NCBI GenBank assembly: GCA_028712155.1 | Contig: JAQTQO010000004.1 | Coordinates: forward strand, 1 to 61,706 | Source: Patescibacteria group bacterium | GTDB lineage: Bacteria > Patescibacteriota > Patescibacteriia > Buchananbacterales > GWA2-38-13 | Length of the DNA: 61,706 nucleotides | Direction: 5' to 3' | Shown: piece after piece, positions 53,203 to 61,706 of the stretch | How positions within the stretch are numbered: position 1 is the stretch's first letter | How the letters are laid out: each line of letters begins with the position of its first letter | Position numbers and translations under genes: made by a program | The notes under the pieces: model-generated | What the model was told of the DNA's origin: nothing | The model's input: the letters and a program-made list of their open reading frames with translations, nothing else | Database searches by the model: none

Positions 53203-55128
53203 ATGTCCGTACTTCCAACCCTTGGCATTTTCGTCCTCTGGTCGCTTACGGGGTTTTGGATCTGCCGCAGGGTTCTCCGCGAGCGTCGCCTCATTCTACT
53301 GGTGCCGCTCGCACCGCTGCTTGGCATGGGCGCATTTCTCCTGGCGGTGAGCATACTTGGGCTCATCGTGCCTTGGGCGTGGGCGAACATCACCGCACTC
53401 GCGCTGCCGCTCGCCGGCGCGGCGTTCCTGCCACAGCAAAAAAATATTCCCATTGAACTTGGCGTGCCGCGGTGGGCGGCGTTCACCGCCGCTGTGGCGA
53501 CGCTCGTGTTGGCAGGTTACTTCACCGTACTGTTTTCCCTCCAGCATGAGCTGCATTTTGACAGCTACTTCCATTTCCCGGTGATCGCCTCGATTGCCGC
53601 CGGGAATTTCCCGCCGCAGTTTCCTTTCCAGACAAACACCCCATTGCAGTACCACGCGGGCACGGATATGCTCGCCGCCAGCCTGCAAACGGCCACGGGC
53701 ATCGGTCCCTGGTGGGCGCTACACCTGGTCACCGTCGTCGGGCTCGCGTGCGCGTTGCTGCTTGCTTTCGGATTAGTGGCGACCATCACCGGCAGTGCGG
53801 CCGCCGGTTTCGGCGGGGCAGCCCTGCTGTTTTGCGGCCACAGCGTTGCGTACCTGCGCCAGCTTGGCACGCACGGTGCGGATGCGTTCTCGTTTCTCGC
53901 ACAAACGGCCCACGGCTACGGCATCGGGCTGCTGCATCCCGGTACGGCGCTCGCCGTTCCCATGGCGCTGGCCGCGGCGTACGTGTCCGGCCATCAGCCA
54001 TCCGGCTTCTCAAAACGAACGCGCACAGCTTTCATCGGTCTCATGCTCGGCCAATTATTTCTTTTCGCCGAAGAGTACGGCGTAATACTCGCGCTGGCAT
54101 GCCTGATAATCTCTGGATGGAACATCATGCGACAAAAATCCTCTGTACCCGCAGCACTAGGACAAATTGCACTCGTGTTCGTCATCGCGATTGCCGTGGT
54201 GCTGGTCCAGGGCGGAAGCTTGGGTGTCGGCGTTGGCGGTTCCAACCAACGCGCACTCTCCCAACTGGAATTCCGATTTCCGCCGGCGTTCCCCCGCTGG
54301 GATACCACGCAACCGGCGGCGGCGTTACCGCTTACTGACCCGCGGGCGTTCCGTTTTACGTTGGAAGAATTCGGACTCCTGCTGGTTTTACTGCCCATCA
54401 CGCTGAATTTTCTCTGGCAACGCCCGCAGCCGGTCCTGCGCCTGCTGGCGGTGACGGCAGGATTGAGCGCGGTACTCCCGTTGTTCATCACCCATCCGAC
54501 GCTTGATTTTAACCTTGCGCGGGGATTCGGTCCGCTGCGGCAGTTCGGCAACTTGATTACTGGCGCCGCGCTCGGCGCGACCGCAGTTTCCTGGTGGAAA
54601 AACCGACGCCACATCTGGCCATGGATCCCGGCGGTTGCCGTTACCTCGTTGGTTGCCGTCTACTCGTTTGGCACGATCGCCTTCACTCTCCCCCGCCTTG
54701 CACTGCTGTCCAATCCCGGGCCAAGTCTCGCACCCCGCTGGGTCACGCCGGAGGAGCAGCAGGTTGCAACGTTCGCGCGGAGGAAAATTCCTCGCAATGC
54801 GCGTGTGCTGACCCAAAATCCGGTTGCAGTCGCAACGCTGTGGGGGCGGGTCGCCCCGTTCGCCGACTGGAATACGTTCCACCTTTTCGACTGGAAAAAT
54901 TCCGATCCCCGCTACCGCCAGCTGCTTTCGGCCCCCACGGTTGCCGGCCTTGAGCAACTCGGCATCACGCACATCTATGTTGCGCCCGAACCGCTGTACT
55001 TCGCGCTCGACGTCCGGCTGCGCGATGAACTCTATCGCACCGATCCGCGTTTCTCGCTGCTCTATCGGCTGGATAGCCCGAAAGGCAGCTACCGGATTTA
55101 CGCATTCGCCCCGAAACAAGCGCCGTAA
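53203..55128 (+). CDS. large polytopic membrane protein (641 aa), possibly another GT-C-like enzyme
   Basis: At least 12 hydrophobic helices plus a C-terminal soluble domain. No clear motif. Confidence 0.5.
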   Translation: MSVLPTLGIFVLWSLTGFWICRRVLRERRLILLVPLAPLLGMGAFLLAVSILGLIVPWAWANITALALPLAGAAFLPQQKNIPIELGVPRWAAFTAAVATLVLAGYFTVLFSLQHELHFDSYFHFPVIASIAAGNFPPQFPFQTNTPLQYHAGTDMLAASLQTATGIGPWWALHLVTVVGLACALLLAFGLVATITGSAAAGFGGAALLFCGHSVAYLRQLGTHGADAFSFLAQTAHGYGIGLLHPGTALAVPMALAAAYVSGHQPSGFSKRTRTAFIGLMLGQLFLFAEEYGVILALACLIISGWNIMRQKSSVPAALGQIALVFVIAIAVVLVQGGSLGVGVGGSNQRALSQLEFRFPPAFPRWDTTQPAAALPLTDPRAFRFTLEEFGLLLVLLPITLNFLWQRPQPVLRLLAVTAGLSAVLPLFITHPTLDFNLARGFGPLRQFGNLITGAALGATAVSWWKNRRHIWPWIPAVAVTSLVAVYSFGTIAFTLPRLALLSNPGPSLAPRWVTPEEQQVATFARRKIPRNARVLTQNPVAVATLWGRVAPFADWNTFHLFDWKNSDPRYRQLLSAPTVAGLEQLGITHIYVAPEPLYFALDVRLRDELYRTDPRFSLLYRLDSPKGSYRIYAFAPKQAP

Positions 55129-55139
55129 ATTACCCACTC

Positions 55140-55168
55140 TTGCCAAGCACAAAATTTTTCCCTACAGT
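55140..55168 (+). promoter_or_regulatory. promoter of tRNA-Val
   Basis: TTGCCA-17 nt-TACAGT. The -10 ends 9 nt before the mature tRNA 5' end. Confidence 0.5.
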
Positions 55169-55177
55169 ATCAGGTAC

Positions 55178-55254
55178 GGGCGGTTAGCTCAGTTGGTTAG
55201 AGCGCGTCGTTGACGTCGACGATGTCGGGGGTTCGAGTCCCTCACCGCCCACCA
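55178..55254 (+). tRNA. tRNA-Val, anticodon GAC (CCA encoded)
   Basis: Acceptor GGGCGGT/ACCGCCC, anticodon stem CGTCG/CGACG, loop TTGACGT, T arm GGGGG-TTCGAGT-CCCTC, ACCA end. Confidence 0.9.
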
Positions 55255-55257
55255 AAA

Positions 55258-55287
55258 AATGTCTACCTTCAGGGATAGACATTTTTT
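55258..55287 (+). terminator. intrinsic terminator
   Basis: AATGTCTA/TAGACATT stem, then T6. Confidence 0.75.
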
Positions 55288-55364
55288 GTATGTTGTCTTG
55301 CCGCTTCAACTATCAAACCAACAAATACGGATGGATAGCTCACTGCAGCGCATCCAACCGAATT

Positions 55365-58300
55365 TTAACTGCATGACCGCGTAAGCTGCGGCGAGCCGCC
55401 CCAGCAATCCGGCGGGTAGGTCGCATGGTCAATGGTTCTGGTCTGCTGGCCACCACTACAGGTGCTCCACGCGGAGAATATCCATGAATCACACGGCGGA
55501 CAGGTGCGGGTGTAGACCGGCTGCGCCCCGCCATAACAATCCGCGGGAAACGTCGGCGACACGGTGGGATCCGTTTCCAGGGTGCGATGCTGGATGCCGC
55601 TGGCATCGCACTTGCTCCAGGCCGAATAGTTATACGACTCGCACAGATCGCAGTCTTTTTCCAGCCAGGGATTTTCCGGAACGCACACCGCCGGCACGGT
55701 GGATTCCACCTGGCGCGTCCGTTTGCCTGTGCTTTTATCGCACTTGCTCCACGCGGTGTAGTAGACGAAATCGCAAAATTCCTTACCGCACTCCCGGCTT
55801 AAGAGCGGTTCGGCGCCGCCGTGGCAATCCGCCGGGAAAGGTATTTCAACCGTCCGCGTTTGCTGGTTGTTCACGCACGCACTCCACATCGAGTAGATGT
55901 ACGATTCGCACGCATTGCACTCTTTGGAGAGTAACGGGCTTTGGGGGACGCAGACCGCCGGAACCGTTGATTCGATCTGGCGCGTGCGCATACCGGTGCT
56001 TTGGTCGCACGCGCTCCAGGCGGTGTAGTAGACGTAATCACAGGCATCTTTGCCGCACTCCCGGCTCAACACCGGCGGCACGCCGCCGCTGCAATCCTCG
56101 GGGAAGGTAGATTCCACGGTTCGGGTCTGGCGGTTGTTCACGCACGCGCTCCACATCGAATAGATATACGATTCGCACGCGTTGCAATCCTTCTCTAACT
56201 CCGGATTATCTACCACACAGATTTTTGGAACCGTTGACTCGACCTGGCGCGTGCGCTTGCCCGTGGTTTTATTGCACGCGCTCCAGGCCGTGTAGTAGAC
56301 AAAGTCGCACGTACCCTTGCCACACTCCCGCGTCAATTCCGGCTGCACGCCGCCGCTGCAATCGGCCGGCAAGGTGGACGTGACCGTTCGCGTCTGCTTG
56401 TTGTTGACGCAGGTGCTCCAAGCCGAATAATTATATGACTCGCAGGCGTTGCAATCTTTTTCCAGCTCGGGATTTTCCACGGTGCAGATTTTTGGCACGG
56501 TGGATTCAACCTGGCGCGTGCGCTTGCCCGTGGTTTTGTTGCACGCGCTCCAGGCCGTGTAGTACACGAAGTCGCACGCCTTTTTGCCGCACTCCTGGCT
56601 GACTACCGGCTGAACTCCCCCATGGCAATCCGCCGGTAGCGTCGATTCGACGGTTCGGGTCTGATGATAATCGACGCAGGCGCTCCAGGCCGAATAGTTG
56701 TACGATTCGCAACCGTTACAATCCATACTCAACACGGGATTTTGAACGACGCAAACCTCCGGAGAGGTTGACTCGATTTGGCGAGTTTTTTTGCCCGTCG
56801 CCGCATCGCAGCTGCTCCAGGTCGTGTAATTCACAAAATCGCAGAACTCCTTGCCGCATTCTCCGCTGAGCTCCGGCCCGACTCCGCCCCGGCAGTCAGC
56901 CGGGAAAGCCGACTCAACGGCCCGGATTTTTTTATTGTTCAGGCACTTCCCCCACGCGGAATAAATGTACGATTCGCACAGCGGCTTGTTTTTCTCCGCC
57001 TTGCAATCCCGCGACACCACGGGTTCGCCGCCGGCGCATTTCCGCGGCGAAGCCGAGAAAATTCTTCGCGTTTGCTGGTTGTCATCGCACTTTCCCCACC
57101 CGCCATACGTCCACGAAGTGCAGACCGGTTTTTGCAGCGTCACAATCAAGGTAACCTTTTCGCTGTTGGTATCGGCGGCATCCTCGGTGAAGATGACAAA
57201 TTTATTCTCCCCGATATTCAACTTCACTTTGTACTTCCAACTCGTATCGGCATTGTGTTTCACGATCTGCTTATTCCCCCACCACACCGACGTCCCGGCC
57301 TCTTTGGTGCCGGTGATCGTGTACGACGGGTCGGTAATGTTATCTCCCGGCTGGTCCATCACGGGCGGTGTTGGCGGCAGGGTGTCAATGGTGAATTTTG
57401 AAATTTTTAAAACTTTGCTCATGTTGCCGGCGATATCCACCACCTGAATGGTGCAATCGTCATACGTGCCGTCCGTCAACGTCAACAGTTCAATTACATT
57501 GTTGCCCTGCTTGGCAGAAGTGCCATGCCCCTGGCACGCGCCGCCATAGATGATGTCGCCATAACGGTTATACACCGGGCTGACGGCATTGATGGCCGTT
57601 GAGCTGAACGTCACGGTCGGGTTGGGGTCGCTCCCGATGCTCGGAATTTTTTTCACTTCCTTGAGCACCGGGGCGGTGGTGTCCCACACCAGCGCAAAAT
57701 CATCGGAGCTGCTGATTTTCTTGGGGTTGACGACTTTCAACCGGATTTTGTAGACCCCGTCTTTGGTCGCGGAAATGGTGGTTTTACAGTAGGCGGCGAA
57801 ACTCGGCACCAGGCATTTTGCATTACTGAAGGTAACCTTGCCGCCCCGGGGGCCGGAAACCTGCAACCAGCGCATGTCGAGAGGCTCCGACAATCCCGTG
57901 CTCAGATCGCTCGCTTCGCCGGTCACTTCAAAGGCGGAATTTTTGTAATACACTTCAACGCCGGCATAGACCGTGAACGTTTGTTTGGCCTTCGGTTCTA
58001 CCGGGCAATCCTCACCTTCGCATTCGATGCTGGGCTGCTCTTCCAAACAGGCTCCGTCAGCGCAACCGTTAGGACAGTTATAAAACTCATTTTGGATCCG
58101 AAAGCCGTTGCAGCTTCGCTCCATCAGGAGATGCCCCTGGGGATTGGCCACGCTCACCGGCATACACACATCGGTGTATTCGGTGAATTGCTCCGCACCT
58201 TCTTTCACCGTGCCTTTGACGGCATAGTCCTTTCCGCCGTCGGTATCCGTGCAGGAGGTGGAAGACATCGAGATGAGCGCCTGCTGGCATTGCTCAAAAT

Positions 58301-58532
58301 TGTAACAAACCCCATCCGAAGCTTCGGTTGACGTCATAATCCGGTATCCGTTGCACGCGTCTTTTTTGAACGCCGGAGATTTCACGCACGCCGGATAACT
58401 GGCGGCCGGTTCATCGTCAGTTTTTGCCGCCGCAAAAATCAGCGGCAGACAAAAAAATAAAAAGACCGCAGCGAATGGTATGAAGGTAACGGCGTAATAT
58501 TTTTTCGGGAACGGCATATTTACTATGACCAT
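55365..58532 (-). CDS. secreted or anchored giant surface protein: Cys-rich N-domains, Ig-like domains, about 14 TSP1-like 4-Cys repeats
   Basis: N-terminal hydrophobic anchor. DTTAP/IDTLPP Ig-type linkers. Repeat consensus C-x8-W-S-x-C-x4-QTRTV-x7-C-x-GG-x8-EC. Confidence 0.85.
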   Translation of the reverse strand: MVIVNMPFPKKYYAVTFIPFAAVFLFFCLPLIFAAAKTDDEPAASYPACVKSPAFKKDACNGYRIMTSTEASDGVCYNFEQCQQALISMSSTSCTDTDGGKDYAVKGTVKEGAEQFTEYTDVCMPVSVANPQGHLLMERSCNGFRIQNEFYNCPNGCADGACLEEQPSIECEGEDCPVEPKAKQTFTVYAGVEVYYKNSAFEVTGEASDLSTGLSEPLDMRWLQVSGPRGGKVTFSNAKCLVPSFAAYCKTTISATKDGVYKIRLKVVNPKKISSSDDFALVWDTTAPVLKEVKKIPSIGSDPNPTVTFSSTAINAVSPVYNRYGDIIYGGACQGHGTSAKQGNNVIELLTLTDGTYDDCTIQVVDIAGNMSKVLKISKFTIDTLPPTPPVMDQPGDNITDPSYTITGTKEAGTSVWWGNKQIVKHNADTSWKYKVKLNIGENKFVIFTEDAADTNSEKVTLIVTLQKPVCTSWTYGGWGKCDDNQQTRRIFSASPRKCAGGEPVVSRDCKAEKNKPLCESYIYSAWGKCLNNKKIRAVESAFPADCRGGVGPELSGECGKEFCDFVNYTTWSSCDAATGKKTRQIESTSPEVCVVQNPVLSMDCNGCESYNYSAWSACVDYHQTRTVESTLPADCHGGVQPVVSQECGKKACDFVYYTAWSACNKTTGKRTRQVESTVPKICTVENPELEKDCNACESYNYSAWSTCVNNKQTRTVTSTLPADCSGGVQPELTRECGKGTCDFVYYTAWSACNKTTGKRTRQVESTVPKICVVDNPELEKDCNACESYIYSMWSACVNNRQTRTVESTFPEDCSGGVPPVLSRECGKDACDYVYYTAWSACDQSTGMRTRQIESTVPAVCVPQSPLLSKECNACESYIYSMWSACVNNQQTRTVEIPFPADCHGGAEPLLSRECGKEFCDFVYYTAWSKCDKSTGKRTRQVESTVPAVCVPENPWLEKDCDLCESYNYSAWSKCDASGIQHRTLETDPTVSPTFPADCYGGAQPVYTRTCPPCDSWIFSAWSTCSGGQQTRTIDHATYPPDCWGGSPQLTRSCS
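55494..56978. repeat. coding tandem repeat, period 267 bp (89 aa), about 5.5 units
   Basis: For example, 56226-56310 and 56493-56577 are near-identical at offset 267. Confidence 0.9.
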
Positions 58533-58548
58533 TAAGTGAGTAAATAAA

Positions 58549-60831
58549 TTAAAACATCACTTCCAATTTCCCCAGCATGGGATTTTGGATGGAAAAAGTC
58601 AGGTGCAGGGTCAGGCCAACCTTGGAAACCCATAAACTCCCTCCTTCAGATTCGTCAATTTTATAACCCAGCTCTTCATATTTTTTTTGTACCGCTTCCA
58701 CATCCGCGCGCGTAGCCAGGCGCGAAAAAACATAGGTGAGCCACATGCCGCTCATGCTGTCCTTCAGCTTCACCTGGTTATTATACACCTGGTTGAGTAT
58801 GGGCAGGAGCTCGGCATGCACGGTTTTATTCTTCTCCCCCTCCGCCGCGACTTCTTTGGTATTGTCGTAATTGATCTGTACCCAGGACTTGGCAACGGGC
58901 GGCGTTGCGGCCTGCCCCGGCGCGGATGGAACAACCGGGCTTGCCGTATCGGCGGTCAGGTATGCGCAGTTTGGCGCCACGGCGACTTTTTTATACGTGC
59001 AAATATTGCGCGCCCTATTCTTTATCGTGGGAACTTTTTCCTTAACTTTTTTATTGATGTTCAATTTCAAATCCGCTGCCGCACCAACGCTCATGTCCTG
59101 CATCACCAGATAACTGCTCTGGTCTTCAACGGTTGCCTGGGGGTGATCGGAAACCTTGGCGCAACCGCTCACATTGCCGTTGGCATCCACCTTGATCAAA
59201 GCGGCTTCTTTGTAAGGTTCCAGGCTCATCATCACCATGTGCTGTTCGGTGGTCAGAAGACTGGCGGCGATCACCACCCCTTTATCCGCAGTCGGCGCGA
59301 TGCCGTAGCCCGACAGATCTCTTTCAATATCGTATTTTTTCACCCAGCGGGGGTTGAAGTCTGCGTCGGTTTTTATCAGGCCAATATTGCTGGCCTGGGC
59401 GTCAGCCAAAACCTGCATCGCCGCGGTATCCGCGTCGCCGAACGTTTTTATTTCGGGAATAACGTTGACGGCATCAAAACAATCCGCGCCCAGTTCCTCG
59501 CATTTTTCATTGAATGCTTTCCTTTTTTGGGCGGCGTCGGTACTTTTGGCTTCAATACCGTCGCTGTCGCGCATCACATCTTGCATGAAAATAAATTGCC
59601 CGTCCGCAGTTTTTACCACCTGAAAATCATTGGCACCGGGAGCGGATAACAGACTGGCGGTTAATTTTTTCGCCCATACATATCCGCCCGCGCCGTCCAC
59701 TTTCACCGCCACCAAAGGGCGCGGTGAAAAAATAGTGACGTTGGATACATTCAATCCGCCGGTTAAGCCCTGGGTGAGCGCAAAATTGTCAAACCCGAAA
59801 GCGATGAAACCGCCGTCGGGCGTTGCCTCAACCGCGCGGAAATCACCTCCCGCCATGCGAATTTTTGTCACGCCCAGCGTGACCCCGCCGCCGGAGTAAC
59901 TCGTTGGCGCAGTAATTTCCGACGGGATCATCTCCATGCTCTTCGACCAGGACACATTGAAATTACCGTCGAGTTTGATCATGGTGGGCAAAGCGTGCAT
60001 CACCACTTCCGGCCCCAGAACATTTTCCGGCTGCTCCGCCTTGGGAACGGTGAGGTTGGCTAAGGCGATGAAACTGCCGTCGGATAAGCGCTCCATGTCC
60101 TCGGCCTCCCAATCCATTTTTTTGGCGAGTACCACCTTGCCGTTTTTATCGATCTTGATGAAGGCGCTGTATCTTGGCACGGTATCGAGGTCGGCGATAT
60201 CATCGCCATAACCGGTTTTGGTGAAACGGCCGAGAACCATCACGGCGCCGTTCGGCAGTGCCCATAATTTTTGCGGCCGGTCCAGACTGTAATCGCCAAG
60301 CATCAACGACCACACCAGGGTGCCCCGAGAGTTCAATTTGGTAATGAGAATGTCGCCGTAGACTTCTTTGACATTTTCATCCACAAAATCCAGCACATCA
60401 TTGGCCATGATGATATTGCCGTCGGTGGTCTCCACGGTGAGACGCCCGATGCGCCGGGATGACATGAGCCCCAAGGCTAAGCTCTGGCTGGAAAACCAAC
60501 GAGTCCACGATGGATTTCCTTTGGCGTCCGTTTTGATGATAAACGGCTTGGGAGCAGCCATGCCCGAGGCCGGGAGCGTATCGCCGGTCAATAAAAACCC
60601 GCCATTTTTTAGTGGCGAGACACCGAAACCGTCCGTCAAATCAAGCAAACGAAAAGTTTTGATGAGCGTGGCGGAATTCACGGATTTCGTGGCACAGGTA
60701 CTTGCGGTTTGCGCTTGTCCGACTAGTGTCCCACCGACCACGATACCGGCAATAACCAAAATTGCTAAAGAGGAAATTATGGTTGGCCAAAAAAGAGGGG
60801 GGCCTGTTCTGCGTCTGCCCGCATCACGCAT
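58549..60831 (-). CDS. secreted beta-propeller-like repeat protein (760 aa)
   Basis: TM/signal anchor. At least seven repeats of hydrophobic-K-x-D-x2-G-x3-W-x-K type (IIKTDAKGNPSWTRWF, LIKTDADFNPRWVKKY, ...). Confidence 0.75.
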   Translation of the reverse strand: MRDAGRRRTGPPLFWPTIISSLAILVIAGIVVGGTLVGQAQTASTCATKSVNSATLIKTFRLLDLTDGFGVSPLKNGGFLLTGDTLPASGMAAPKPFIIKTDAKGNPSWTRWFSSQSLALGLMSSRRIGRLTVETTDGNIIMANDVLDFVDENVKEVYGDILITKLNSRGTLVWSLMLGDYSLDRPQKLWALPNGAVMVLGRFTKTGYGDDIADLDTVPRYSAFIKIDKNGKVVLAKKMDWEAEDMERLSDGSFIALANLTVPKAEQPENVLGPEVVMHALPTMIKLDGNFNVSWSKSMEMIPSEITAPTSYSGGGVTLGVTKIRMAGGDFRAVEATPDGGFIAFGFDNFALTQGLTGGLNVSNVTIFSPRPLVAVKVDGAGGYVWAKKLTASLLSAPGANDFQVVKTADGQFIFMQDVMRDSDGIEAKSTDAAQKRKAFNEKCEELGADCFDAVNVIPEIKTFGDADTAAMQVLADAQASNIGLIKTDADFNPRWVKKYDIERDLSGYGIAPTADKGVVIAASLLTTEQHMVMMSLEPYKEAALIKVDANGNVSGCAKVSDHPQATVEDQSSYLVMQDMSVGAAADLKLNINKKVKEKVPTIKNRARNICTYKKVAVAPNCAYLTADTASPVVPSAPGQAATPPVAKSWVQINYDNTKEVAAEGEKNKTVHAELLPILNQVYNNQVKLKDSMSGMWLTYVFSRLATRADVEAVQKKYEELGYKIDESEGGSLWVSKVGLTLHLTFSIQNPMLGKLEVMF

Positions 60832-60976
60832 ATACTACATGCTATCATAAAATACACTCTGGCGCCCGCCTCCGGAAAAAGTGAACGCAAACGGAGGAAA
60901 AATCCGCAAGTGGTTTTTCCCCTGTGAAAACTGTCAGGATCTTTCCGCGTGATATTAGCCGAAGGTATTCACTCGG

Positions 60977-60985
60977 TGATATAAT
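60977..60985 (+). promoter_or_regulatory. extended -10 element
   Basis: TGaTATAAT about 100 nt upstream of ATG 61087. Confidence 0.35.
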
Positions 60986-61086
60986 GATTGCGGATCAAAA
61001 TCCACGTTCCAGTGCCAAAAATTTGAATCGTTGAGCCAAAATTCATAATCACCGTCTAAAAAATTTTACTATTAACGTATTTAAGA

Positions 61087-61706
61087 TATGAGAAAAAAAA
61101 TATTGCTGTTTTCTTTCTTGTCAATAATCACGGTACTTTCCTTCTCGCTGGTTGCCATTGCCCAGAGTAATGGCAATACTGCCAGGGTAACAATATTATC
61201 CGAAACAAATTCCGACACGACCGAACAGGCGTTCAAGGGCATTGTGCACACGCACCGGATAGCCAGCCTGCCGCGCGTGAACAATATGCATATCCTCAAT
61301 GTCGACTTGAGCGACGCGGATATTTCTTTCCTCGCTACCCCGTACAACCCGACCGATGGTTACCCGGGTTCGGAAACGAAACTCCAGACGACGTACGATT
61401 TCGCCGCTCAGCACAATGTCCAAGTGGCCATCAACGCCACCCCTTTCTACGATCTCAACGGTGGAGTCTACACGTCCGGGGATCCTGCTGACGTGCGAGG
61501 GCTAGCGGCGTCGCAGGGAACGGTCTATTCGGACTACATGGTTGATTACCCAGCGCTCATCACGGATACGGCCGATCTCGCCTACATCGTAAACGCTTAC
61601 GATCCGCAACCAAGCATCAACAACGCCGTCGGCGGATTTTCCCGCATCCTTACCAACGGCGTCAAGACGCCCTGCACCGACATCCGCTGCACGGCGGTGC
61701 ATCCCA
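61087..61706 (+). CDS. phosphodiester glycosidase (DUF2233/NAGPA-like) family protein, 5' part (runs off the window)
   Basis: ATG plus signal peptide MRKKILLFSFLSIITVLSFSLVAIAQS. Open to the window end. AINATPFYD...GLAASQG pattern. Not in the ORF track because no stop lies in the window. Confidence 0.6.

Noticed and set aside
55494-56978. Regular 267-bp repeats as a possible CRISPR array or satellite
   Set aside because: The period is far too long for CRISPR, there are no unique spacers, and the repeats are in frame within a continuous 1055-aa ORF encoding 4-Cys modules. This is a coding tandem repeat.

Overview
GC-rich, densely packed bacterial chromosome segment with about 60 genes. All calls were made by eye; no search, alignment or folding program was run. 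The housekeeping core is a complete F1Fo ATP synthase operon (minus strand, 20.3-27.1 kb), a suf Fe-S cluster operon with an Rrf2 regulator (29.3-34.7 kb), and a long minus-strand gene string valS-tyrS-five tandem GT-C-like membrane proteins-GAF/ANTAR regulator-glnA (35.7-49.7 kb). Also present are typA, queA, rluD-like, nnrD, cell-wall enzymes (M23 peptidase, S11 carboxypeptidase), tRNA-Ile(UAU) and tRNA-Val(GAC). The accessory repertoire (Gmad2 protein, CxxC-x17-CxxC protein, ATP-cone/Mrr nuclease, SNase with sunset domain, giant Cys-repeat surface protein) suggests a Patescibacteria/CPR-like organism; this is inference only. Promoters are strikingly close to the TTGACA-17-TATAAT consensus. 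That let me delimit several orphan transcription units with no credible ORF. Most interesting observations: (1) a ~365-nt structured RNA gene with its own promoter and terminator that I cannot assign to a family; (2) an 866-bp low-GC single-gene insertion at the 3' end of atpC, flanked by a 101-bp duplication of the atpC 3' end; (3) a histidine-phosphatase (PGAM-like) domain embedded in ValRS; (4) a textbook ANTAR dual-hexaloop plus terminator in the glnA leader, directly downstream of a GAF-ANTAR gene; (5) five tandem GT-C paralogs; (6) a 1055-aa secreted protein with about 14 thrombospondin-type-1-like Cys/Trp/Arg repeats (267-bp DNA period), co-operonic with a beta-propeller protein; (7) further candidate sRNAs and structured leaders, a bacterial tRNA-Ile(UAU), and promoters placed for leaderless tRNAs and mRNAs. 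No CRISPR array, transposase, integrase or rRNA was seen.
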